64,000 nucleotides of DNA from Fimbriimonadia bacterium (GCA_041483895.1 JBGPGO010000006.1:128001-192000), one strand, 5' to 3'; counted from the stretch's first letter, positions 1-9,313 are shown. Notes: generated by a model from the letters alone, not told the origin. Numbers and translations: made by a program.

Positions 1-375
1 GCGCTAACCCCCGAGATGCGGATGGAGGTGCGCGGCCGCGACCTGGTGGCCGGCCTGCCGAAAACCGTTGAGGTTTCCAGCGAAGAGATTCGCGACGCGA
101 TGGCCGAGGCGATCAACCAGATCGTGGAGAAAGTGTGCGGCGTGCTGGAAGAGACCCCGCCGGAACTGTCCTCGGATATTATCGAGCGGGGCGTCGTTCT
201 GACGGGTGGCGGGGCGCTGCTCCGCGGCTTCGATGAGCTGCTGCATGTGGCGACTGATATCCCGATCAAGGTGGCGGAAAACCCGTTGCAGTGCGTTGCC
301 ATCGGCACCGGGCGGGCGCTGGAAGAGATGAAGGCGATCCGCAACTCCGGCATAATTAATTCAAACGTTTGGTAG
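1..375 (+). CDS. mreB: Rod shape-determining protein MreB, 3' part (truncated by window start)
   Basis: VRGRDLVAGLP, ETPPELSSDI, VLTGGGALL and CVAIGTG motifs of the MreB C-terminus; frame open from base 1. Confidence 0.93.
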   Translation, partial: ALTPEMRMEVRGRDLVAGLPKTVEVSSEEIRDAMAEAINQIVEKVCGVLEETPPELSSDIIERGVVLTGGGALLRGFDELLHVATDIPIKVAENPLQCVAIGTGRALEEMKAIRNSGIINSNVW

Positions 376-384
376 GAGGCCGAT

Positions 385-828
385 ATGTGGGCCATTTTTG
401 TTTCCGTCGCGTTGTCCGTTCCGCAATTCCGAGACGTCCCTGCCGATCACTGGGCACGCGATTCCGTAAAGGCTGTCGCCGAGCTTGGCTTTATGAAGGG
501 CTACCCGGATGAGTTCCGGGGCGATAAGCCGGTTACGCGTTATGAGTTCGCGGTTGCATTGGATCGTTTTGTGACGACGGTGGAAAAGGGCTTGAAAGAG
601 GGCGCAAAGAATCCCGTCGCGAAGAAGACAAGCGTCGGAGCGCCGCCCACCCACTGGGCCTATCCCTCGCTGATCCATCTTCTGCAAGGCGGCTATCTGC
701 CCGAGGATTCGCCCATTTTTTCGAGCGGCATGGACAGTTTGAAGCCCGACGAGATTGGAAAAGCGTTCGGTCAGATCGCAGCCCGCATCACGGACCTTTT
801 CTCCGATCCCACGGAACCACACGACTAG
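385..828 (+). CDS. Secreted S-layer homology (SLH) domain protein
   Basis: FRDVPADHWA...GFMKGYPD-FRGDKPVTRYEFAV is an SLH signature; second SLH-like segment PPTHWAY; short N-terminal hydrophobic stretch; GGAGG RBS. Confidence 0.8.
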   Translation: MWAIFVSVALSVPQFRDVPADHWARDSVKAVAELGFMKGYPDEFRGDKPVTRYEFAVALDRFVTTVEKGLKEGAKNPVAKKTSVGAPPTHWAYPSLIHLLQGGYLPEDSPIFSSGMDSLKPDEIGKAFGQIAARITDLFSDPTEPHD

Positions 829-869
829 CCTCCCACAGGAATCCGTCCAAGCACGTCTAACAAGGTAGC

Positions 870-3800
870 ATGCTTGCCCATCTTCTTGCCTTCTTGCTCA
901 CCCAATCCGCCGCCCCCGCCTTCCTGCGCGAACCGGATATTCATGGCGACAAGGTTGTCTTCACGTGCGAGGGCGACCTATGGCTCGGCGACCTTACATC
1001 AGGCTCGGCGTCGCGGCTGACGCGAGACGAGGGGCGCGAAGCCGGCGCCAAGTTCTCCCAGGACGGCAAATGGATCGGATACCACGCCGAATATGGCGGA
1101 ATCCGGGAAGTCTTCGTTATCCCAACAGAAGGAGGCCAGCCGAGGCAGATCACTCACACGAACGAGCGAGCCGACATGATTGGCTGGACTCCCGATGGCA
1201 AATCGCTCATCTACGGCACGCGGGGATATCCCACCTTTTTTTGGCTGTTCACCATCCCGTTCGCGGGCGGCGCTCCGACCCGATTTCCATTGGAATATGG
1301 ACATGTCGTCTCGTTTGCGCCGGATGGAAATCGTTTTGTCTTCACGCGGGTGCCTCGGGCAGGCGCGCCTTGGTTTCGATATGAAGGGGGACGAAAGAAC
1401 GACATCTGGACCGGCGATTTGGCGGCGAAGAAATTCAAGAAGGTCTACGAAAGCAAATTCACGAACGAATATCCGATCTGGTCGGGAGAAAGAATCTGCT
1501 GGGTACATGATGAGGGCAACGGATTTAGCATCATGGCCATGACTGACGGCGGGACGGCAAAGCGCATTGCCGGTCCCTACGATGTAGAAGTTCGATACCT
1601 GCGCGGGGACGGAAAGCGCCTGATCTATGAAAAAGGTGTGGGATTGGAGATGCTGGATTTGGCATCCAACAAGACCCAGCCGGTCAACTTCCAACTCCTA
1701 TCAGACTTTTCTCATACCCTGCCCTATCTCTCCCCAGCAAACGGATTTTTGCAAGCCACAAATCTCGGCCAAACGGGAAAGAGAATTCTTGCCGAAAGCC
1801 GCGGCCAGATACTCTCCGTACCCTCGGAAAAGGGCGAGGTGCGCGTTGTCTTGGCAAAGAACGGCGTTCGGTATCGCTACGCCGTTTTCTCCCCGGACGC
1901 GAAGAAAATCGCGTATATATCGGACGAAACCCGGGAACAGCAGCTCTATGTTTCGGATGCCGATGGCGGAAATCCAAAACAGTTGACCAAAGACACAGGC
2001 CGCCAGCTTCTCGAAATCCAGTGGTCGCCAGACGGCAAATGGATCGGCCTGACGGATTCCAAGACATGGCTTCGGTTGATCAACACGGACACCGGCGACA
2101 TCTCTGAGATTGCCAAAGCAATCGGATGGAACGGACCGCACTACGACTTCTCTCCTGATTCCAAATGGATCGTATATGACGAGATCAATCGCTTTTTGGG
2201 CTATCACTCGATCATGCTTTACAACATCGCGACGAAAGAAAAGCACAATCTTAGCGACGGGATGACCGACGATTTCCAGGCGTCGTTCAGCCAGGACGGA
2301 AAGTACATCGCCTTCCTTTCTCAGCGCAGCTTTTCCCCGGTCCATGATGATGTGCTGCCGACCTTGGACCTCCGTAACGCAAACCGCGCCTATCTTCTCA
2401 CGCTGCGAAAGGACACGCCATCCCCGTTTTTGCCGGAAAACGACGAGGAGCCCGCCCCGGCAAAGAAGGAGGAGAAGGCGCCCGAGTTTCGCATCGATTT
2501 GGATGGTCTTGCCAGCCGAGTCATCGAGGTTCCCGCGCCGCCGAAGAACTACACGGTCTTGGCGATGGCAGGGGACCGTGTGCTGCTCCGCTCGCAAGAC
2601 CAAGACGGCCCGGCGCTCACCTATTATGATTTGAAGGCCAAGAAGGGCGGTAAGGTGGCCGCTCCGGCTGCCTTTTTCCAGGTGTCGGGCGATGGAAAGA
2701 AGCTACTGATTCGGAACGGCGCATCGCTGCAGGTGGTGGATGCGTCGGCCGCCGACGTTAAGGCGGACGACGGCAGAGTGAGCTTTGGCAATTTCCAATT
2801 GCGCATCAATCCTGTGGCGGAATGGGAAGAGATGTATTGGGACGCATGGCGGCTGATCCGCGACTATTTTTACGCCGAAAACATGCACGGCAACGACTGG
2901 CCGGCCATCGGACAGAAATATGCCGCGATGCTCCCCGGAGTCCGGTCCCGCGACGAGCTCAACGATCTGATCCGATTCCTCTTGGCGGAACTTAGCGTCT
3001 CCCATGCGGGGGTCGGCGGTGGCGATATTCGCGGTCTCAACGACCCAGAAACCAGCGGCTTTCTCGGCGTCGATCTGGAGCCGGATCCTTCGGGATTCTA
3101 TAAGATCGCGAAGATATTGACGGGTGATGGATTCAGCGGCAGCGGCCAGTCGCCCTTCGCGGAGCCGGGGCAGAACGTGAAGGCAGGCGATTATCTGTTG
3201 GAAGTCGCGGGGATACCGGCCAAGGTTGGCAGCGACTTCATGCAGGGCCTGGTCGGCCGCGCGGGCCAAGTGATCAGCGTCAAGGTCAACACAACGCCGT
3301 CGATGGATGGCGCCCGCACTCTGTTTATCAAACCTATCGCGAATGAGAATCAGTTGCGATACCAGGAGTGGGTCAAAGAGCGCCGGGACTATGTGAACCG
3401 AGCGACGAACGGGCGATTCGGATACCTCCACATTGCGAACATGGTGACAAGCGGATTTGCGGAATTCGCCGAACAATACTTCCCGCAGCGCAACAAGCAG
3501 GCGATGATCATCGACGTGCGATTTAACTCTGGCGGCAACGTCTCGACGCACATCATCAACATCTTGCAACAGCGCCTGGTCGCCTATTTTAACCAGCGAA
3601 ACAGCGATACTCCGTGGACGCGGCAGGGCGGCTTCTTCCCGGGTCCGATGGTCTGCCTGATCAACGAGTTCAGCGCCTCCAATGGCGAGGAGTTCCCGCA
3701 TCATTTCCGCGCGCTGAAACTCGGTCCGTTGGTGGGTAGGCGGACGTGGGGCGGTGAGGTTGGGTCCGATCCGGGCTGGCCGCTGGCAGACGGCGGCACC

Positions 3801-4025
3801 ATCAACATTCCGAACTACGGTGCATGGACCCCCACCGAGGGCTGGGTGATCGAAGGCACCGGCATCGCCCCGGACTACGAGGTGGACAACGATCCCAATC
3901 TTTGGGTGCAGGGCAAAGATCCGCAGCTCGACAAGGCGATTGCGCTGATGGAAGAAGAGGTCAAGAAGCATCCGTGGAAGCAGCCGACGCATCCGGCGGA
4001 GCCGGTCAAGGTGCATCCGAAATAA
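870..4025 (+). CDS. Tricorn protease-like S41 family peptidase
   Basis: Signal peptide, beta-propeller repeats (FSPDGK-like), PDZ region, IIDVRFNSGG and catalytic-region SASNGE, GRRTWGG. Confidence 0.92.
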   Translation: MLAHLLAFLLTQSAAPAFLREPDIHGDKVVFTCEGDLWLGDLTSGSASRLTRDEGREAGAKFSQDGKWIGYHAEYGGIREVFVIPTEGGQPRQITHTNERADMIGWTPDGKSLIYGTRGYPTFFWLFTIPFAGGAPTRFPLEYGHVVSFAPDGNRFVFTRVPRAGAPWFRYEGGRKNDIWTGDLAAKKFKKVYESKFTNEYPIWSGERICWVHDEGNGFSIMAMTDGGTAKRIAGPYDVEVRYLRGDGKRLIYEKGVGLEMLDLASNKTQPVNFQLLSDFSHTLPYLSPANGFLQATNLGQTGKRILAESRGQILSVPSEKGEVRVVLAKNGVRYRYAVFSPDAKKIAYISDETREQQLYVSDADGGNPKQLTKDTGRQLLEIQWSPDGKWIGLTDSKTWLRLINTDTGDISEIAKAIGWNGPHYDFSPDSKWIVYDEINRFLGYHSIMLYNIATKEKHNLSDGMTDDFQASFSQDGKYIAFLSQRSFSPVHDDVLPTLDLRNANRAYLLTLRKDTPSPFLPENDEEPAPAKKEEKAPEFRIDLDGLASRVIEVPAPPKNYTVLAMAGDRVLLRSQDQDGPALTYYDLKAKKGGKVAAPAAFFQVSGDGKKLLIRNGASLQVVDASAADVKADDGRVSFGNFQLRINPVAEWEEMYWDAWRLIRDYFYAENMHGNDWPAIGQKYAAMLPGVRSRDELNDLIRFLLAELSVSHAGVGGGDIRGLNDPETSGFLGVDLEPDPSGFYKIAKILTGDGFSGSGQSPFAEPGQNVKAGDYLLEVAGIPAKVGSDFMQGLVGRAGQVISVKVNTTPSMDGARTLFIKPIANENQLRYQEWVKERRDYVNRATNGRFGYLHIANMVTSGFAEFAEQYFPQRNKQAMIIDVRFNSGGNVSTHIINILQQRLVAYFNQRNSDTPWTRQGGFFPGPMVCLINEFSASNGEEFPHHFRALKLGPLVGRRTWGGEVGSDPGWPLADGGTINIPNYGAWTPTEGWVIEGTGIAPDYEVDNDPNLWVQGKDPQLDKAIALMEEEVKKHPWKQPTHPAEPVKVHPK

Positions 4026-4801
4026 TGGACCTCGGTTTGGCGGGCAAGAGGGCGCTTGTCTGCGCGTCCAGCAAGGGGCTCGGGTTCGCGTCGGCGAAGG
4101 CGCTGCATGCGGAAGGACCGACCATCTGTCTCAACGGGCGCGATCCAGATTCTCTGGCCGCGGCGGCATCGGGGCTGTCGGGCGCGCATATCGTGGTCGC
4201 GGATATCGGTTCGACCGAGAGCTGTGAGCGGCTGATCGGCGAGGCGGTCGAGAAAATGGGCGGGATCGATATTTTGGTCATCAACTCCGGCGGGCCCCCA
4301 GCGGGAACATTTTTTGATCTGGGCGAAGATGCCTGGACGGAGGGGATCGCGGTAACGCTGATGAATTTTGTGCGATGCGTCCGACTCGCCGCGCCGGGAA
4401 TGAAGGAGCGCGGGTGGGGCCGGATCGTCACCATCACCTCCACCTCCGTGCGCGAACCGATTGTCGGTCTTACTCTCTCCAACACTCTCCGTCCGGCCGT
4501 CACCGGCCTCTCCGCCGACCTGTCGCGCGAACTGGCCCCGCACGGCATCACAGTCAACTGCGTCGCGCCGGGCCGGTACGAAACGGACCGCTTGTCGCAT
4601 CTGTTCGAAAAGCAGTCGCAGATCCGGGGCGTTTCGGTGGAGCAGTTGGCGGATGAGTCCCGCGCCGCCGTCCCGATAGGGAGGCACGGCAGGCCGGAGG
4701 AGTTGGGGGCGGCGGTGGCGTTTTTGTGCTCGGAAACGGCGAGCTATATCACGGGAATCACGCTTTTTGTGGACGGCGGGTTGACAAAGGCTCGAATGTA
4801 G
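4025..4801 (+). CDS. SDR family oxidoreductase (3-oxoacyl-ACP reductase-like)
   Basis: MDLGLAGKRALVCASSKGLG, NSGGP, NCVAPG, VDGG; ATG overlaps the upstream TAA (TAATG). The ORF track start at 3824 is an overextension. Confidence 0.9.
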   Translation: MDLGLAGKRALVCASSKGLGFASAKALHAEGPTICLNGRDPDSLAAAASGLSGAHIVVADIGSTESCERLIGEAVEKMGGIDILVINSGGPPAGTFFDLGEDAWTEGIAVTLMNFVRCVRLAAPGMKERGWGRIVTITSTSVREPIVGLTLSNTLRPAVTGLSADLSRELAPHGITVNCVAPGRYETDRLSHLFEKQSQIRGVSVEQLADESRAAVPIGRHGRPEELGAAVAFLCSETASYITGITLFVDGGLTKARM

Positions 4802-4828
4802 CCGCGGCTGGGCCAGAATCGGAATCGG

Positions 4829-5458
4829 ATGAATGCGCCCCGCCATGAGTTGGTCCGAGCTCTGATCGCTGTCGCCGTGATGGTGGCGGTGGTCTATTTG
4901 CTCGCGCTCAAGGCGGACTGGGATGAGCGGCGGGAGAAGGCCAAGAAGGAGCCGCTGATCCAGGGCATTCTCATCCACCATTCCGCCTCGCCTCCAACGA
5001 TTGAGGGCAAGCGGGTGGACGCGGCGATGATCGATGGTTGGCACAAGAAGCGCGGGTTTACCTCCACCGTCGCCGGCGAGGATTATCACATCGGCTACAA
5101 CTTTGTGATCCTGCCGGATGGGACGATTGAGAAGGGCCGCCCGGTCGGTTCCTATGGCGCGCATGCGGGATCGATTTTCTACAACCAACATTTCATCGGT
5201 GTCTGCCTCATCGGGGATTTCGACGATTTTGACAATCCGAACGGCAAGAACGGCCCGAAGGACCCCTCCCCTCGCCAGCTCACTTCACTCCGCCTCCTCT
5301 GCGACTCTCTTGCCCGCGAATTCAACTTTTCCGCAGACGCGATTCTGCCCCACCGCGCCGTCCGCGACACCGCCTGCCCAGGGAGCCGCTTCCCACTCTC
5401 TTGGCTTCGCACTGCCGTCGACAACGACCTACATCCCATCCGCACCGCCCGAAGGTAG
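4829..5458 (+). CDS. Membrane-anchored N-acetylmuramoyl-L-alanine amidase (Amidase_2/PGRP type)
   Basis: ILIHHSA, IGYNFVI..DG.IEKGRP, GAHA, IGVCLIGDF, H..V..TACPG zinc-amidase motifs; N-terminal TM helix. Confidence 0.88.
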   Translation: MNAPRHELVRALIAVAVMVAVVYLLALKADWDERREKAKKEPLIQGILIHHSASPPTIEGKRVDAAMIDGWHKKRGFTSTVAGEDYHIGYNFVILPDGTIEKGRPVGSYGAHAGSIFYNQHFIGVCLIGDFDDFDNPNGKNGPKDPSPRQLTSLRLLCDSLAREFNFSADAILPHRAVRDTACPGSRFPLSWLRTAVDNDLHPIRTARR

Positions 5459-5478
5459 CCGCAAGCTTTAGCTTGCGG
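5455..5478 (+). repeat. REP-like palindrome, family A (GTAG-CCGCAAGCT-TT-AGCTTGCGG)
   Basis: GTAG followed by a perfect 9-bp stem; near-identical copies at 24911, 60381, 60421, 60449(-), 61970(-). Confidence 0.85.
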
Positions 5479-5495
5479 CGCATCGTCAAGCTCCG

Positions 5496-5662
5496 GTAGA
5501 CGCGGGTTGTCTTTCCGATACGTTTCGAATCGCCGACCCCAAAACCCGCGTGGGAGGTGTGTCAGTGGCGATATCCAATCGCGATGCAACGTCCACCGTG
5601 GTCCAACGCGGGCACTCGGGATTGGCAAATGGGACGGTATCGGCTTGCCGGCCCGCGACTAC
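5496..5662. repeat. 167-bp REP-doublet (REPIN/MITE-like) element, family H, copy 1
   Basis: Starts GTAG, ends CTAC; two inverted ~55-bp arms (GTAG-WCGCGGG-N8-CCGATAC...CCCGCG); colinear homolog of the same length at 61771-61937. Confidence 0.8.
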
Positions 5663-5746
5663 AGTGCCTCAACAGGTCCTGTCACTGGACAGAGGATCTG
5701 CTTAGGGATAGAAGTCATGTCCGCCATGGGCACGACTCTATCTGCA

Positions 5747-7171
5747 TCAGTGTCCGATATATATCCTGAGATATGTACTCCCCGAACCTGGACTTGAGCT
5801 GGTCCGGTGGACGAACACATCAGTTGCGGCGTTCGTGTCCCCGACGACCAGATTGTTCGCGTAGCTTTCAAAGGCGACATAGCGCCCGTCCGCGCTGATG
5901 AAAGTGCGGTCGCTGGCTGAGTTTCCTTGGACTCCGGAGGACGATACGGAGACCCGTTGCGTGGTTCTCGTCTCCCGATCGCGAACGAACACGTCGAGAT
6001 TGTTGTTCGTGTCTGGCTCGGATACCAGGTTGGTCGAGTAGCTTGTAAAGGCGACATTGTGCCCGTCCGCGCTGATGGAAGGTTCGGAGCTCGACCAATT
6101 TCCTTGCACCCCGGCGGAGGAGACGGAGACCAACTCCGTGGTTCCGGCCAGCCGGTCTCGTACGAACACGTCTCCCGAGCCGTTCCAATCCCCTGCTACC
6201 AGGTTGCTGGCGGCGCTCTGGAAGGCGACAAAGCGGCCGTCCGCACTGATGGATACACCGGATCCATTACTGCTGCTGTCCCCATTTCCCTGCACACCTG
6301 CGGTGGAGACCGAGACCCGCTCCGGGGTCCCCTCCAACCTATCCCGAACGAATACGTCCCAAGAAGCATTCGTGTCTCCGGATACCAGGTTGTTCGCTAG
6401 GCTGCTAAACGCGACATAGCGACCGTCCGCACTGATGGACACGTTCATGTAGTAGCCGCTGTATCCGTTTCCTTGCACCCCGGCGGAGGAGACGGAGACC
6501 AACTCCGTGGTTCCGGCCAGCCGATCCCGAACAAACACTTGGGCGCTTGCGGGGTTCGTGTAATCGGCGACCAGGTTGGTCGCATAGCTCCAAAAGGCGA
6601 CATAGCGCCCGTCCGCGCTGACGGAAGGATAGTAACTGCCATAATTTCCTGGTGTCCCAGACGAGGAAACAGAGATACGCTCCGTGGTCCCAAGCAGCCT
6701 GTCCCGAAGGATCACGTCATCGCTGCCATCGTGGCTCCCGGCTACAAGGTTGGTCGCGGCGCTCTCGAAGGCGACATAGCGCCCGTCGGCGCTGATGGAG
6801 ACGCCCCTTAAACCACTGTCTAAATTCCCTTGCTTCCCCGATGAGGACATGGAAACCCGCTCCGTTGTACCGGCCAGCCGGTCCCGAACAAATACGTCCT
6901 GTCGGCCGTTCGAGTCCCCAGGTACCAGATTGGTCGCTATGCTAGAAAAGGCGACATAGCGCCCATCCGCGCTCATGGATTTCACGCTGTAGTCCGAGCC
7001 GCTGTCCGAATTTCCTTGCGCCCCGGAGGAGGAGACGGATACGCGCACCGTCGTGCCTTGCTGCGCCATGCCGAAACTGATCAGGAACATGCCACCGACA
7101 ACCGTCCCGATCATCCGCGCGCAAAACGCTCCTAGCCAACATCGACCTCGCAAGCGCTTACACAAATTCAC
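5747..7171 (-). CDS. Secreted TolB-like/PD40 7-blade beta-propeller protein (paralog 2, lacks C-terminal module)
   Basis: Seven SADGRYVAFxS..NLV.GD.N...DVFVRDR repeats; GTG at 7171 with GGAGG RBS; signal peptide ending MAQQ. Confidence 0.85.
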   Translation of the reverse strand: MNLCKRLRGRCWLGAFCARMIGTVVGGMFLISFGMAQQGTTVRVSVSSSGAQGNSDSGSDYSVKSMSADGRYVAFSSIATNLVPGDSNGRQDVFVRDRLAGTTERVSMSSSGKQGNLDSGLRGVSISADGRYVAFESAATNLVAGSHDGSDDVILRDRLLGTTERISVSSSGTPGNYGSYYPSVSADGRYVAFWSYATNLVADYTNPASAQVFVRDRLAGTTELVSVSSAGVQGNGYSGYYMNVSISADGRYVAFSSLANNLVSGDTNASWDVFVRDRLEGTPERVSVSTAGVQGNGDSSSNGSGVSISADGRFVAFQSAASNLVAGDWNGSGDVFVRDRLAGTTELVSVSSAGVQGNWSSSEPSISADGHNVAFTSYSTNLVSEPDTNNNLDVFVRDRETRTTQRVSVSSSGVQGNSASDRTFISADGRYVAFESYANNLVVGDTNAATDVFVHRTSSSPGSGSTYLRIYIGH

Positions 7172-7338
7172 GTTTCGCCCTCCAAACCAACACTGAATCG
7201 AACGGAAATGACTGCAAATCATCTTACCACGGTCCCCGCTGAATCGCCGGTCCCGGTTTTCGGCGGCGAGGGACCGCTGCCGAAGAGGTTGGCATAATCC
7301 AAAACGCGGTCACTGGTTTCGGGCGTCGCTTCCTACAG

Positions 7339-9135
7339 TTAAGGATCGCCGACAAGGCCGAAGTTGATGAAGATGATGTTGAGATCCCGGAGGTCAACCA
7401 CTCCGTCGCCCTGCACATCAGCAATTCCGCCGGATTCGCCATACGCGACGAACACCGCATTTACATCGTACAGATCCACTGCGTTGTTGCCATTGGCGTC
7501 CCCGATTTCAAATGCCATGTCTACCCCACTGACCGGCCCGGAACCGGCGTCAACCGGAACTGTGCGCCGAAGCCATGACAGCGTCTCAACACTCATATCC
7601 ATCTGTCGCGCGTAGGCCGTCACGGTGTATGCGCCGTCCGGAGCAACGATGGCGGTCCGGACGTCGAAAGGTGTGGTCTCGCCTTGGTTTCGAAATTCGA
7701 ACGGCACGTCTTCCGGCATTGGTCCAACGTAGTCCGGCGGCTGCAGCCAGCCGGTAATATTAACCTCCGCATCCCCCCATCCCGGCCCCGAACCGATCTG
7801 ATTGACGAAAACGTCCGCATCGCGATTGGTATCGCCAGAGACTAAATTTGTTGCTTCGCTTTGAAAAGCGATAAACCGCCCGTCCGCGCTGATGGAACCT
7901 ATTGACTCTGTGTAGCTCTGCAAATCCCCCTGCTCCCCGGAAGAGGAGACCGATATCCGCTCTGTGGTTCCAAGCAGCCGATCCCGGACATACACATCCC
8001 AATCGCCATTGGTATCCCCGTCTATCAGGTTGGTCGCGTAGCTACAAAACTCAACAAACCGCCCATCCTCGCTGATAGATATGCCGTTGAAACCCATGCT
8101 AGCCTTGTTGCCTTTGATCCCAGACGATGCGATTGAAACACACTCCGTGCTTCCAAGCAGCCGATCCCGGACAAATACGTCCTCGGCACCCGTATCTCCG
8201 CTCACCAGATTGCTTGCGTCGCTCACAAAAGCTACATAGCGTCCGTCGCCGCTGATGGAAGGACTCTTGCTGACAGCATTTCCTTGCTCAGCTATTGAGG
8301 AGACGGAAACCCGCTCTGTCACACCGGCCACTCGATCCCGAACGAACACGTCTAGATAGCCATTGGTATCACTGGCAACCAGATTGTTTGCGGTGCTATA
8401 AAATGCCACATAACGCCCATCCGCGCTGATCGATGCAAAGCGGCTCCCTGAATTGCCCTGAGCTCCAGAAGAATTGACGGAAACAAGTTCCGTGGTACCA
8501 GTCAGTCGATACCTCACAAACACATCGGCGACGTTATTCTTGTCCCCAACAACCAGGTTGCTGGCGTCACTCTCAAATGCGATATAGCGGCCATCCGGGC
8601 TCATAGCAGGATAGAAGCTCTCCCGATTCCCATGGTCCCCTGATGAAGAGACGGATATCAGTTCCGTAATTCCAGTAAGACGATCCCGGAGGAATATGTC
8701 AGCTTCTCCATTCGTGTCTTCGGGTACCAGGTTGGTCGCATAGCTCTCGAAGGCGACGTAGCGGCCGTCAGCACTGATGGAAGGAGCAAGGCTCTCGTTG
8801 TTACTTTCCCCGCCGGCCGACGAAACAGAGACTCGCTCTGTTGTCCCGAGCAGCCTGTCCCGAACGAACACGTCGCCGGAACTGTTCGTATCTCCGGACA
8901 TAAGATTATTCGAGTGGCTGCAAAAGGCGACATAGCGCCCGTCCGCGCTGATCGCAGCCTGTAAGCTGACCGCATTTCCCTGCGCCCCTGAATTCGTGAC
9001 GGACACTCGAACCGTCGTCCCTTGTTGAGCCATGCTGAGCCTGGCTAGGAAAACACCAGCAATCATCACCCCGAAAATCCGCGCGCAAAACACCTCTCGC
9101 CAGCCTCGACCCCGCGAATGCACAGACCGGTTCAT
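7339..9135 (-). CDS. Secreted TolB-like/PD40 7-blade beta-propeller protein with C-terminal dockerin/EF-hand-like module (paralog 1)
   Basis: Seven propeller repeats; C-terminal GDANGNNAVDLYD...ADVQGDGVVDLRD; ATG at 9135 with GGAGG RBS. The ORF track extension to 9504 runs through repeats. Confidence 0.87.
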   Translation of the reverse strand: MNRSVHSRGRGWREVFCARIFGVMIAGVFLARLSMAQQGTTVRVSVTNSGAQGNAVSLQAAISADGRYVAFCSHSNNLMSGDTNSSGDVFVRDRLLGTTERVSVSSAGGESNNESLAPSISADGRYVAFESYATNLVPEDTNGEADIFLRDRLTGITELISVSSSGDHGNRESFYPAMSPDGRYIAFESDASNLVVGDKNNVADVFVRYRLTGTTELVSVNSSGAQGNSGSRFASISADGRYVAFYSTANNLVASDTNGYLDVFVRDRVAGVTERVSVSSIAEQGNAVSKSPSISGDGRYVAFVSDASNLVSGDTGAEDVFVRDRLLGSTECVSIASSGIKGNKASMGFNGISISEDGRFVEFCSYATNLIDGDTNGDWDVYVRDRLLGTTERISVSSSGEQGDLQSYTESIGSISADGRFIAFQSEATNLVSGDTNRDADVFVNQIGSGPGWGDAEVNITGWLQPPDYVGPMPEDVPFEFRNQGETTPFDVRTAIVAPDGAYTVTAYARQMDMSVETLSWLRRTVPVDAGSGPVSGVDMAFEIGDANGNNAVDLYDVNAVFVAYGESGGIADVQGDGVVDLRDLNIIFINFGLVGDP

Positions 9136-9313
9136 AGTTCGACCTCCTACCCTTCTCTGATTCGCACGCAATAAACTGAAATCCATCTTACCACGCACCT
9201 GGCCAATTCGCCAGACTCTGGATGTGTTGGGGTCCACTGCCATCGATTGCCCCCAACTTCCGCCAAGGTAGACCTCAACACGAGCGGCTTCGAGTGTCGG
9301 GGTCTTGGGTATT

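Noticed and set aside
838..860. ECF-like promoter before the tricorn gene (GGAATC...CGTCTAA)
   Set aside because: Spacing is only 10 bp, too short for an ECF promoter
5747..9135. Diversity-generating retroelement (template/variable repeats in propeller genes)
   Set aside because: No reverse transcriptase in the window and no evident adenine-specific mismatch pattern; similarity is explained by blade repeats
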